Origin: Mobula hypostoma
Lineage: Eukaryota
Direction of reading: 5' to 3'
DNA length: 64,000 nucleotides
Assembly (NCBI RefSeq): GCF_963921235.1
Contig: NC_086123.1
Span: 30,938,001 to 31,002,000, forward strand
In this document: positions 51,541-64,000 of the stretch, in pieces
Numbering within the stretch: position 1 is the stretch's first letter
Layout: each line of letters opens with the position of its first letter
The notes under the pieces: model-generated
The model's database searches: none
The model's input: the letters and a program-made list of their open reading frames with translations, nothing else
What the model was told of the DNA's origin: nothing
Made by a program: the position numbers and the translations under genes

Positions 51541-52321
51541 ATGTTATGTACTGCATTGTACTGCCGCCCCAAATTGCCAAATTTAACGATTTAAATTAGT
51601 GGTGATCACCCGAATTCTGATTCTAAATCGATTCTGCTGAGAATGAACTCTATTTACTTTCAACCAAACATTCACCCTCCACCCCCGCTTTCCTGCACAG
51701 AAAGTGTTCACTCCCGACCCAGACTTCCCGAGTCACTCAATTCACACGCAAATTATTGTCGTGACATGAACGAAGATTTCATGCACCGTTTTAACAAGAC
51801 CGTCACTCTACATCAGCCGATTAACGGGTTTCACCGAACCGTGAGCCGATCAATCTGAGAAGCAGGAGTGGCCATTCGGCCTGCACCGCTATTCAATGAT
51901 ATCCCCGATGATTCTTTACCTCGCCGCTAGTTGACAACAATTTGTCTCGTATCTATTGCCCCTTTCTGTAAAGTTAGTTTTCTACTAACTTGTTCTCGCC
52001 CCGCGTTTTGTCAGCGGTAGAGACTACATTTCCTGCCCGGTTCAGAGGATCTTAGTAATTTAAATTATATTGTCAATGTTGTAAATAGCTAGATAAAAAT
52101 GAGAACTTTGAGATAATCAAATAAAGTCTTACAATTTTTGTCGACAGTACCGGAAGTCAGGACGAATCTGAAGAAAATCTGATCCGCAGCTTTTTTTCTT
52201 TGCCCTTTATTCCGCACCGACTTTCAGCTCTGGTCCGGGTAAATCAATAGAAATTCTCCGGCTGCTGCTGATCGGTATCCCCGCTCCTGCAACTCTGCGT
52301 CTCTCCGCCTCCCCCGGCTCG

Positions 52322-52512
52322 CTTTATCTTCTGCTCCCGTTTCTGAACGTCACCGCACCGCTGGGCTGATCTCACGGCCCGCTGTCGCTGTGTTGACAAA
52401 CAAACCAATCAGGTTCCAGCCGAAGTTTCGTTTCCGAAAAATTCCCCGCAGTAAATTGGAAACGTTTTCGCTCTGTTACAGGGTTCAACGCTATCGGCTG
52501 ATTCACTTTCGG
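52322..52512 (-). promoter_or_regulatory. Interferon-responsive promoter of E
   Basis: ISRE 52424-52435, kB-like 52436-52447. Confidence 0.75.
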
Positions 52513-52823
52513 ATTCCGTTCTGGTGTCAGCATCTGCAACAATAACACAGGCACAGGGACGCCGAGAATGTGAAGCCCGATCTTGACCGGAAAATAACCT
52601 GAAACGTGTCATCTCTGAATACATTTATCTAGTTCATTCAGTGACAACGTAAATGATGAAATGCACGAATCCACCCAAACAATACAACACAACTGTGCCC
52701 AATCCACATCACCTCTATTTCCCCATCTTGCTTGCCCATCTCCCCGTGGGCAGTCAGTCGTAGTGTTACCCCGTTTCCCGAGCTTCACCCCATCCAGCAT
52801 ATCAATCTTTTCAACGTCCGCCA

Positions 52824-55800
52824 TAGAACATAGAACACAGAATAGTACAGCACAGTACAGGCCCTTCGGCCCACAATGTTGTGCCGACCCTGAAACTCTG
52901 CCTCCCATATAAGCCCCCACCTTAAATTCCTCCATATACCTGTCTAGTAGTCTGTTAAACTTCACTGGTGTATCTGGCTCCACCACTGACTCAGGCAGTG
53001 AGTTCCACGCACCAACCACTCTCTGAGTAAAAAACCTTCCTCTAATATCCCCCTTGAACTTCCCACCCATTACCTTAAAGGAATGTCCCCTTGTATTGAG
53101 CAGTGGTGACCTGGGGAAGAGGCGATGGCTATCCACTCTATCTATTCCTCTTATTATCTTGTACACCTCTATCATGTCTCCTCTCATCCTCCTTCTCTCC
53201 AAAGAGTAAAACCCTAAATCTCTGATCATAGTGCATACTCTCTAAACCAGGCAGCACCCTGGTAAATCTCCTCTGTACCATTTCCAATGCTTCCACATCC
53301 TTCCTATAGTGAGGTGACCAGAACTAGACACAGTACTCCAAGTGTGGCCTAACCAGAGTTTTATAGAGCTGCATCATTACATCGTGACTCTTAAACTCTA
53401 TCCCTCGACTTATGAAAGCTAACACCCCATAAGCTTTCTTAACTACCCTATCCACCTGTGAGGCAACTTTCAGGGATCTGTGGACATGTACCCCCGATCC
53501 CTCTGCTCCTCCACACTAACAAGTATCCTGCCATTTACTTTGTACTCTGCCTTGGAGTTTGTCCTTCCAAAGTGTACCACCTCACACTTCTCTGGGTTGA
53601 ATTCCATCTACCACTTCTCAGCCCACTTCTGCATCATATCAATGTCTCTCTGTAATCTTTGACAATCCTCTACACTATCTACAACACCACCAACCTTTGT
53701 GTCGTCTGCAAACTTGCCAACCCACCCTTCTACCCCCCCACATCCAGGTCGTTAATACCAGTAGTCACAATCCTCCTATCTGAATGTACTCCCTCCACCA
53801 CGACCCTCTGCCTTCTGCAGGCAGGCCAATTCTGAATCCACCTGGCCAAACTTCCCTGGATCCCATGCCTTCTGACTTTCTGAATAAGCTTACCATGTGG
53901 AACCTTGTCAAATGCCTTACTAAAATCCATACCGATCACATCCACTGCAATACCCTCATCTATATGCCTGGTCACCTCCTCAAAGAACTCTATCAGGCTT
54001 GTTAGACATGATCTGCCCTGCACAAAGCCATGCTGACTGTCCCTGATCAGACCATGATTCTCTAAATGCCCAGAGATCCTACCTCTAAGAATCTTTTCCA
54101 ACAGCTTCCCACCACAGATGTAAGGCTCACTGGTCTATAATTACCCGGACTATCCCTACTACCTTTTTTGAACAAGGGGACAACATTCGCCTCCCTCCAG
54201 TCCTCCGGTACCATTCCCGTGGACAACGAGGACATAAAGATCCTAGCCAGAGGCTCAGCAATCTCTTCCCTCGCCTTGTGGAGCAGCCTGGGGAATATTC
54301 CGTCATGCCCTGGGGTCTTATCCGTCCTAATGTATTTTAACAACTCCAACACCTCCTCTCCCTTAATATCAGCATGCTCCAGAACGTCACCCTCACTCAT
54401 ATTGTCCTCACCGTCATCAAGTTCCCTCTCATTGGTGAATACCGAAGAGAAGTATTCATTGAGGACCTGACGCACTTCCATGGCCTCCAGGCACATCTTC
54501 CCACCTTTATCTCTAATTGGTCCTACCTTCACTCCTGTCATCCTTTTTTTCTTCACATAATTGAAGAATGCCTTGGGGTTTTCCTTTACTCCACTCGCCA
54601 AGGCCTTCTCATGCCCCCTTCTTGCTCTTCTCAGCCCCTTCTTAAGCTCCTTTCTTGCTTCCCTATATTCCTCAATAGACCCATCTGATCCTTGCTTCCT
54701 AAACCTCATGTATGCTGCCTTCTTCCACCTGACTAGATTTTCCACCTCACTTGTCACCCATGGTTCCTTCACCCTACCATTCTTTATCTTCATCACTGGG
54801 ACAAATTTATCCCTAACATCCTGCAAGAGATCTCTAAACATCGACCACATCCCCATAGTACATTTCCCTGCAAAAACATCATCCCAATTCACACTCGCAA
54901 GTTCTAGTCTTATAGCCTCATAATTTGCCCTTCCCCAATTAAAAATTTTCCTGTCCTCTCTGATTCTATCCTTTTCCATGATAATGCTAAAGGCCAGGGA
55001 ACACTGGTCACTGTCCCCCAGATGCTCACCCATTGAGAGATCTGTGACCTGACCCGGTTCATTACCTAGTACTAGATCTAGTATGGCATTCCCCCTAGTC
55101 GGCCTGTCCACATACTGTGACAGGAATCCGTCCTGGACACACTTAACAAACTCTGCCCCATCTAAACCCTTGGAACTAATCAGGTGCCAATCAATATTAG
55201 GAAGTTAAAGTCACCTATGATAACAACACTGTTATTTTTGCATCTTTCCAAAATCTGCCTCCCAATCTGCTCCTCTGTATCTCTGCTGCTACCGAGGGCC
55301 TATAGAATACTCCCAATAGAGTAACTGCTCCCTTCCTGTTCCTGACTTCCACCCATACTGACTCAAAAGAGGATCCTGCTACATTACCCACCCTTTCTGT
55401 AGCTGTAATAGTACCCTTGACCAGTAATGCCACCCCTCCTCCCCTTTTTCTGCCCTCTCTATCCCTTTTAAAGCACTGAAATCGGGGAATATTGAGAATC
55501 CATTCCTGCCCTGGTGCCAGCCAAGTCTCTGTAATGGCCACTACATCATAATTCCATGTATGTATCCAAGCTCTCAGTTCATCACCTTTGTTCCTGATGC
55601 TTCTTGCATTGAGGTACATACACTTCAGCCCTTCTACCTTACGACCTTTACACCCTTTATTCTGCTTCTCTTTCCACAAAGCTTTCTATATTTTAGATCT
55701 GGCTTTACTCCATGCACTTCTTTCACTGCTCTATCGCTCTGGGTCCCATCCCCCTCGCAAATTAGTTTAAACCCTCCCGAACCATGCTAACAAACCTACC

Positions 55801-55865
55801 TGCAAGGATATTGCTCCCCCTCGAGTTCAGGTGCAACCCATCCAATCAGTACAGGTTCATCTGTA
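52824..55865 (-). mobile_element. Duplicated CR1 LINE
   Basis: Near-identical to 33497-36540. Confidence 0.9.
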
Positions 55866-58800
55866 CCATCTCCACCGTGATTCCACCACCTATCACACAT
55901 TCTGCTCTGCACCTCTTTCTGCTTTCAGCATGGACCCCTCGGTCTGTGACTCACTGGTCCTCAGATCCCTCACCCCACCCCGCCTCCCCCACCCTCACCA
56001 GCGGAACTTTGTAAGTGTAGGATGTGTTACAGCTGACCTCACCAATGGTCAGCCCGCCTCCATCACCAACCAGGGCCCTAAAGAGAAACCCAGGGGATCC
56101 TACAGATGCCAGGAATCTTGAAGAGCACGCCAACATAGTTGGGGGAACTCTGGAGGTCAGGCAGCATCAATGGAGGGAAATGAACATCCGTAATTCACTC
56201 GAGATCCTTTATCAGGATTGGAAAGAAAAGAGGCTGAAGCCAGAATAAGGAGGAGGGATGAGAGAGAGGTGGAGTATAAATTAGTGAGGGGGAGAATGGA
56301 TGGGTGTGGGAGTGGGGATGATGTGAGAAGATGGGAGGTGATCGGTGTAAGCACTAAGGGGCTGAAGAAGAAGGAATCTGATCAGTAAGGACAGGAAACC
56401 ATGGAAGGAGATGGGGAACCTGGTGGGGTCATGAGGGTAGGGGAGGAAAGAGATCAGAGAATCACCAAAATAGGAAAAAAACTAAAGACGGAGTGTTGAC
56501 CAGAAGTTAGAGGTTAATGCCGTTAGGTTAAAGACTACTCAGATGGATTATGAGATATTGCTCCCCCAGATTGTATTTGGCTTCATCGTGGCAGTGTCCT
56601 AAACTGCCCTTCCAGGTGAGGCAGACATTCATGTGCACCTCCCTTAGCTTTCTTTATTGTATCAACTGCTTCTGATGTGGTGTCCTCTATATTGGTGAGA
56701 CCAGGTGGAAATTAGACTGGGAATCTCTTATCAGATTCCATCATCTGCAGCTCTTTATCACTTCCACCCATCACTTCCCAGCTTCTGTCCCCATGTTCAC
56801 TCTCCCTCCTCCATCCACCTATCATCCCTTTTCACCAGGATTCATCTTGCATTTAGGACAGCAATAAAATACCTCCATCTCCATCTGTACAAAAGGTTTC
56901 CTCATTGCTGTTTCTATGACAATTGTTTATTGACCAGTCACGGCTCTTATCCATGAGCTGAACACCTGAACCTGGAGGTGCAGTGGTCCACTGTTACTCT
57001 GCTCTCTAACCTTTGACCTGTTTGGCACAGGTGACCCTACCAAGAGCCAAAGCAAAAGGCCCTGACTCCAGCCAACGTAACTCTCTGGGTCATTGAAGCA
57101 CACAAGCCTCCAAGCCCTATTTCAAGTTTGTGGTCCTCTTGGAATAGATTTACCCGAGCAACGATTAACCATTTGAGAGGTCAGGTGGACATTGCTAACG
57201 CTCAGTGTAAGCATACTAACAATTGTGGAATCATATAATTTGATTAAGTTAATATAGAAACATAGAAAATAGGTGCAGGAGTAGGCCATTCAGCCCTTCG
57301 AGCCTGCACCGCCATTCAGTATGATCATGGCTGATCATCCAACTCAGAACCCTGTACCTGCCATCTCTCCATACCCCCTGATCCCTTTAGCCACAAGGGC
57401 CATATCTAACTCCCTCTTAAATATAGCCAATGAACTGGCCTCAACTGTTTCCTGTGGCAGAGAATTCCACAGATTCGCCACTCTCTGTGTGAAGAAGTTT
57501 TTCCTCATCTCGGTCCTAAAAGGCTTCCCCTCTATCCTCAAACTGTGGCCCCTCGTTCTGGACTTCCCCAACATCGGGAACAATTAATAAGTTAATATGT
57601 AGAATTATCTTCTGGCAGGTGTTATTGCCTTAATGATTATCTTTGGGACTCAGCACAAAATTGAAAAAATGTTAAACCATCAATTTACACCTAATTCTTA
57701 AAATGCACAGACTCATTGATAGATTTGTTTCCTTCACCTCTTCTTGATCCTGCAGGAGTCTATTAAAGTTCTTAAAGGAAAAAAATATGGGACAATTTTG
57801 AAATCTTTATTTATGGCTACAGCAATTGATTATTCAGGTTTTAAATGACGAAAGGATCAATTCCACCTCGCTACATCAGCAAAATTGGAGGTGAGTTTAA
57901 ATTCAGAACCTTAATACCATCCGCCCCAATCAAAGGTGGTTCCATTTCAATTAAGATCAATATCTTAAGACAATAATAAGACAATAACCTATCCCTCAAC
58001 GTCAGCAAGACGAAGGAATTGGTTGTTGACTTCAGAAGGAGTAGTGGACCGCACAACCGAATTTACATCGGTGGTGCGCAAGTGGAACAGGTCAAAAGCT
58101 TTAAGTTCCTTGAGGTCAATATTACAAATGACCTGACTTGGTCCAACCAAGCAGAGTTCACTGCCAAGAAGGCCTACCAGTGCCTTTACTTCCTGAGAAA
58201 ACTAAAGAAATTTGGCCTGTCCCTTAAAACCCTCACTAATTTTTATAGATGCACCGTAGAAAGCATTCTTCTAGGGTGCATCACAACCTGGTATGGAAGT
58301 TCTCCTGTCAAAGACTGAAAGAAGCTGCGGAAGATCGTGAACATGGCGCAGCACGTCACACAAGCCAATCTTCCGTCCGTGGACTCATTGTACACCGCAT
58401 GCTGTCGGAGGAGTGCTGCCAGGATAATCAAGGACACGACCCACCCAGCCAACAAACTTTTTGTCCCTCTTCCCTCCGGGAGAAGGCTCAGGAGCTTGAA
58501 GACTCGTATGGCCAGATTTGGGAACAGCTTCTTTCCTACTGTGATAAGATTGCTGAACAGATCCTGAGACAGATCTGGGCCATACCCTCCAAATATCCGG
58601 ACCTGCCTCTCGGTTTTTTTGCACTACCTTACTTCCCATTTTTCTATTTTGTATTTATGAATTATAATTTAAAATTTTAATATTTACTAATTTTAACTAT
58701 TTTTGATATTTAATATTTGTAATCCAGGGAGTGTAAAGTGTAGATTCAAATATTGCAGTGATAATTGTACATTCTAGTACTAGTTGTTTGGTGACAATAA

Positions 58801-59882
58801 AGTGTAAAGTATATCCTAGGCAAGGGGCTGGCAAACATGCAAATGTGTGCAGAAGAGGGAATTCATACTGGAACTTTCGAAAACTGTTATCACAATTCCA
58901 TGCATAATGATGTAGGAAAGGGAGAAGTGAGGTAAGAGTAACACAGTGGGGAATAGTAACAGTTAAACTTCAATATTTGCTTCGGATAAAATAGGAAAGA
59001 TGCAGAATAGCTAATATAATAATTCCATTGTGTAAAGTGTTAAATGTGAATTGGGGTTTTTGAGAATCTTGTACATGGTTCAAACGCCACAATCAAACTT
59101 TGGTCAAGATACTTCATCTATTACCAAGGTCTACAGAAATAGATTAAAGCAATCACACAGAAATGCCAGTGTTCATGCATTTAGACTTTTATTTTAAAAA
59201 ATCATTTCAAATCATATTGGAAATTTCAACAATGAAAATTGCAAAGCATTTAGAACCTCAACTAATCTGATTTCATTAAATTTTAATGCTAAAATGAAAA
59301 TAAAGATCCATTGGAAGAACACAGGAACTGAAGCAAACAATTCTTGAGGTCGTTAAGGTCAAGCAGTAAGTCATCTCCCCCTCCCCCATCAAACCCAATC
59401 TTTTTAGTGGGATTTGTTTTAAAACATTGTAAATTGAAATTGCCACAACAGTTATTTCGGGTCTCTGAGTGAGACCCATTATATGTGGGAAGTCATGGAC
59501 CATCAGATTGTGATCAGCCATTCGGAGTTACATTGATCTGAAGAGGAGGTGCAGGTTGCCAGAGTTCCTTGGATATTGTTAATATCTGGCCTCTGCAAAA
59601 CTGACAACCCATGTTTTCCAGGCTAAGAAGGCAACAAGGTGATAAGCGACAAACGTCGATGGGAATTTATGTCATTGTCCGACAGACACCCCATCAGTAC
59701 AGCATTAATACAGAGCGGAAATCGGTCCTTTGTCCAACTTGTGAATGTCAGTGTGGAACGTAGCAGATACACAGGATCAAGGATACACAGTAACAAAGTG
59801 CTCACGACAGAATATAGGAATGCAATAAAATACCAATAAATTATTTTTAATCACAGTTTTCTCAACCGTCTGCAGGAGTAAA

Positions 59883-60350
59883 TCAGCCTCCACGTCGCCG
59901 GAGCAGCAGAGAGATGGTGGTTAGTGGTCTGATGTTGTAGTCGGAGAGCAATCGGCCGTCCTCCAACTGTTTGCCCTCGTAAACCAGGCGCTGCTGGTCG
60001 GGTATGACCCCCTCCCGCCGATGGACCCGCTCTTTAAACTTCTGCACGGACTCAGAGGGCATCACGTCGTACGTCGAGGTTTTCCCTTTGTCATTCAGGA
60101 GAAATATCTGCATGGATTCCTCTTTCCTGACCAGCAACATGACGGTGGGGCTGGGGTTGAGGTTGTAGTAGCTTAGACTTCTCTGGTCCTGCATCTCCAC
60201 GCTTTGGCCATTTTGCATCATCAGACGCTGTTGGGAAATGGGCACGTTGGTCTTTTCCTGGATTTTCATCTTGAGTGTCGACACTTGAATGGAAGGGTCG
60301 ACATCAAGTTCGAAACCATCGCCGGTGATAAACCTCACCTGAAGTCTCAT
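59883..60350 (-). CDS. ISG15: ISG15-like modifier F, two Ubl domains (155 aa), variant C-terminus LRRRGG
   Basis: Higher-order-repeat copy of D (offset 19324 bp); CTA>CGA changes LRLRGG to LRRRGG. Confidence 0.82.
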   Translation of the reverse strand: MRLQVRFITGDGFELDVDPSIQVSTLKMKIQEKTNVPISQQRLMMQNGQSVEMQDQRSLSYYNLNPSPTVMLLVRKEESMQIFLLNDKGKTSTYDVMPSESVQKFKERVHRREGVIPDQQRLVYEGKQLEDGRLLSDYNIRPLTTISLLLRRRGG

Positions 60351-61884
60351 CTTGTCAAATCGCTGTAGAGAAAGGAGAAATGATTAAAGAGTCTTTACAC
60401 CAGATGTGCATGAACTATGATGTATTAATATGGCATTGCCTATAATATCAACACAATTAGATTACTTACTAAGATCTGTAGACAAGCGGGAAAAGACAGA
60501 CCCCTCTTTCCCAGCAGTTCAGAATGTGTGACAGGAATTTTGAGCCGCAATACTGACAATTGACGGGAGAGGGACTCCGCGAGCCGGTGGGTTTAAACAT
60601 TTTTGAACTTGATTCGATCAGCGGCAAAAAAATATGTAAATGTTACTCATTGGGACCGTAGTAAATGTGCAACTTGTTTAGATTTCTAAGCCAGGACTGT
60701 TCCAACCGCCGCTTAATAGGGGAAAAAAATCACTTTTGTCACATCGCATTAATGGTGTACCGGGGAGAGCATTCGGACTTGTTGCATCACCGTCTGATAT
60801 GGAGGGACCACGACACAGGGTCAGAAAAAGCTGCGGACAGTGGTAAACTCATCCAGCTCCATCATGGGCACCAACAGAGTGTATCTTCAAAAGGTGATGT
60901 CTCACGGAGAAGGCATCGATCATTCTCGGCCTGCAGGTCATGCCCGCTTCTCATTGCTACCACCAGCGAGGAGCCTGAAGTCTCACGCTCAACGTTTTAG
61001 GAACAGATGAACTAATGAACAGTATTTTTGTCTGACACACACACACACTCGTATATATACTGTGTGTGTGTGTGTGTGTGTATGCTATTATTATTTATAT
61101 TATATGTTATGTACTGCATTGTACTGCCGCCCCAAATTGCCAAATTTATCGATTTAAATTAGTGGTGATCACCCGAGTTCTGATTCTAAATCGATTCTGC
61201 TGCGAATAAACTCCATTTTACTTTCAACCAAACATTCACCCTCCACCCCCGCTTTCCTGCACAGAAAGTGTTCATTCCCGACCCAGACTTCCCGAGTCAC
61301 TGAACTCACACGCAAATTATTGTCGTAATATGAACGAAGATTTCATGCACCGTTTTAACAAGACCGTCACTCTACATCAGCCGATTAACGGGTTTCACCG
61401 AACCGTGAGCCTATCAATCCGAGTAGCAGGAGTGGCCATTCGGCCTGCACCGCTATTCAATGATATCCCCGATGATCTTTTACCTCGCCGCCAGTTGACA
61501 ACAATTTGTCGCGGATCTATTGCCACTTTCTGTAAAGTTAGTTTTCTACTAACTTGTTCTCGCCCCGCGTTTTGTCAGCGGTAGAGACTACATTTCCTGC
61601 CCGGTTCAGAGGATCTTAGTAATTTAAATTATATTGTCAATGTTGTAAACAGCTAGATAAAAATGAGAACTTTAAGATAATTAAATAAAGTCTTAAAATT
61701 TTTGTCGACAGTACCGGAAGTCAGGACGAATCTGAAGAAAATCTGATCCGCAGCTTTTTTTCTTTGCCCTTTATTCCGCACCGACTTCCAGCTCCGGTCC
61801 GGGTAAATCAATAGAAATTCTCCGGCTGCTGCTGATCGGTATCCCCGCTCCTGCAACTCTGCGTCTCTCCGCCTCCCCCGGCTC

Positions 61885-62076
61885 GCTTTGTCTTCTGCCC
61901 CCGTTTCTGAACGTCACCGCGCCGCTGGGCTGATCTCACGGCCCGCTGTCGCTGTGTTGACAAACACACCAATCAGGTTCCAGCCGAAGTTTCGTTTCCG
62001 AAAAATTCCCCGCAGTAAATTGGAAACGTTTTCGCCCTGTTACAGGGTTCAACGCTATCGGCTGATTCACTTTCGG
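61885..62076 (-). promoter_or_regulatory. Interferon-responsive promoter of F (TATA-variant mutated)
   Basis: ISRE 61988-61999, kB-like 62000-62011; GATAAA>GACAAA at 61890. Confidence 0.7.
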
Positions 62077-63523
62077 ATTCCGTTCTGGTGTCAGCATCTG
62101 CAACAATAACACAGGCACAGGGAAGCCGAGAATGTGAAGCCCGATCTTGACCGGAACATAACCTGAAACGTGTCATCTCTGAATACATTTATCTGGTTCA
62201 TTCAGTGACAACCTAAGTGATAAAATGCTCGAATCCACCCAAACAATACAACACAACTGTGCCCAATCCACATCACCTCTATTTCCCCATCTTTCTTGCC
62301 CAGATCCCCGTGGGCAGACAGCCGTAGTTTTACCCCGTTTCCCGAGCTTCACCCCATCCAGCATATCAATCTTTTCAACGTCCACTATCTCCACCGTGAT
62401 TCCACCATTTGTAACACATTCTGTTCTGCACCTCTTTCTGTTTTCGGCATGGACCCCTCGGTCCGTAACTCACAGGTCCTCAGATACCTCCCCCACCCCA
62501 CCTCCCCCACCCTCACCAGCGAAACTTTGTAAGTGTAGGATGTGTTACAGCTGACCTCTCCAATGGTCAGCCCGCCTCCATCACCAACCAGTGCCCTAAA
62601 GAGAGACCCAGGAGATCATACAGACGCCAGGAATCTTGAAGAGCAGCCAAAATTGTTGGGGGAACTCTGGAGGTCAGGCAGCATCAATGGAGGGAAATGA
62701 ACATCCATAATTCACTCGAGATCCTTCATCAGGATTGGAAAGAAAGGGGGCTGAAGCCAGAATAAGGAGGAGGGATGAGAGAGAGGTGGAGTATAAATTA
62801 GTGAGGGGGAGAGTGGATGAGTGTGGGAGTGGGGATGATGTGTGAAGATGGGAGGTGATCGGTGTAAGCACTAAGGGGCTGAAGAAGAAGGAATCTGATT
62901 GGAAAGGACAGGAGACCATGGAAGGATATGGGGATCCTGGGAGGGTCATGAGGGTGGGGGAGGAAAGAGGTGAGAGGATCACTAAAATAGGAAAAAAACT
63001 AAAGGGGAGGTGTTGACCAGAACTTAGAGTTTAATGCCATCGGGTTAAAGACTACTCAGAACGAGTATGAGATATTGCTCCCCCAGATTGTGTTTGGCTT
63101 CATCGTAGCAGTGTCCTAAACTGCACTTCCAGGTGAGGCGGACATTCACGTGCACCTCCCTTGGCTTTCTTTATTGTAGCAACTGCTTCTGATGTGGTGT
63201 CCTCTATATTGGTGAGACCAGGTGGAAATTAGACTGGGAATCTCTTATCAGATTCCATCATCTGCAGCTCTTTATCACCTCCACCCATCACTTCCCAGCT
63301 TCTGTCCCCATGTCCACACTCCCTCCTCCATCCGCCTATCATTCATTCTCAACCGGATCCATCTTGTGTTTAGGACAGCAATAAAGGACCTCCATCTCCA
63401 TCTGGACACAAGGTTTCTTCATTGCTGTTTCTGTGACAATTATTTTTTGACCAGTCACTGTTCTTATCCATGAGCTGAACACCTGAACCTGGAGATGTGG
63501 TGGTCCACTGTTAGTTTGCCCTC

Positions 63524-64000
63524 TGTTAGAGTGAAGTTTTTTGGATAGATGATTTGTTTACACTTAAATGACTTTTGCCACCAGACTTCTATTTGACAAA
63601 GTACTGTGGATTGAGTCCACAACAATGCGCTTCCTAAAGGTGTGAATACCAGATGCTTCTGGTGCCATAGTTTGACCAGATGCTGTAGTTTCAAAGACAG
63701 TATTATCTGTACTTTATAAATATTAATTGTCTTCTATGTTAGCACATAAAATGCCAAATAAATGTATGGTGGATTTAACTAAAGGCTGTGGATACCAACC
63801 CAGACATGTTGGCGTCGGAAGGAAAGGATGAAATCCGAAGATGTGATGTTTGTATGTAGCTTCAAAAGGAAGCATTGTCTATAACTTTTTAGGTAGTGAT
63901 GGCCTTTGAGTTTAGCATATAAATATCTGAACCCACATTGGACTAACAGTCCTTTCTACTGGAAGCGTCTCCGTCCATATGATGCCTGCTTGTTGTGTCG
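63524..64000 (+). mobile_element. Third copy of the solo LTR (truncated by window end)
   Basis: Same element and same left flank. Confidence 0.75.

Larger units (their letters stand above)
23900..64000. repeat. Higher-order tandem duplication, period ~19.3 kb, two genes per period, just over two periods visible (left boundary approximate)
   Basis: Matching ORFs and transposons at offsets of 19289-19325 bp (26153/45442; 30979/50281; 40559/59883; 43363/62674). Confidence 0.9.

Noticed and set aside
1-64000. CRISPR arrays, rRNA genes or prokaryotic operons
   Set aside because: None seen; the sequence is intron-containing, LINE-rich vertebrate DNA.

Overview
Eukaryotic vertebrate genomic DNA; the repeat content (CR1, Rex1/Babar, L1, Gmr1-type Gypsy, Penelope-like short repeats) suggests a cartilaginous fish such as a ray, which is an inference. 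The window is a head-to-tail tandem array of about 8.6-10 kb units. Each unit carries one minus-strand ISG15-like ubiquitin-like (Ubl) gene with its CDS in one exon, an intron in the 5'UTR and a promoter with ISRE, NF-kB-like, CCAAT and IRF/AP-1-like sites. Six CDS are visible (labelled A-F). A and B have THREE Ubl domains; C-F have the usual two. C-termini differ: LRLRGG in A, C, D, E; LRLGGG-RFTPADG in B; LRRRGG in F. A seventh, more diverged unit at the left edge shows only intron and promoter homology and has no ISRE. Every unit also carries the last three exons of an unidentified convergent plus-strand gene (pseudogenised), whose poly(A) signals abut the ISG15-like poly(A) signal. C+D and E+F form a near-identical ~19.3 kb higher-order duplication with an N-gap, and a third copy begins at the right edge. 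Transposon insertions with readable target-site duplications (TSDs) record the order of duplications.
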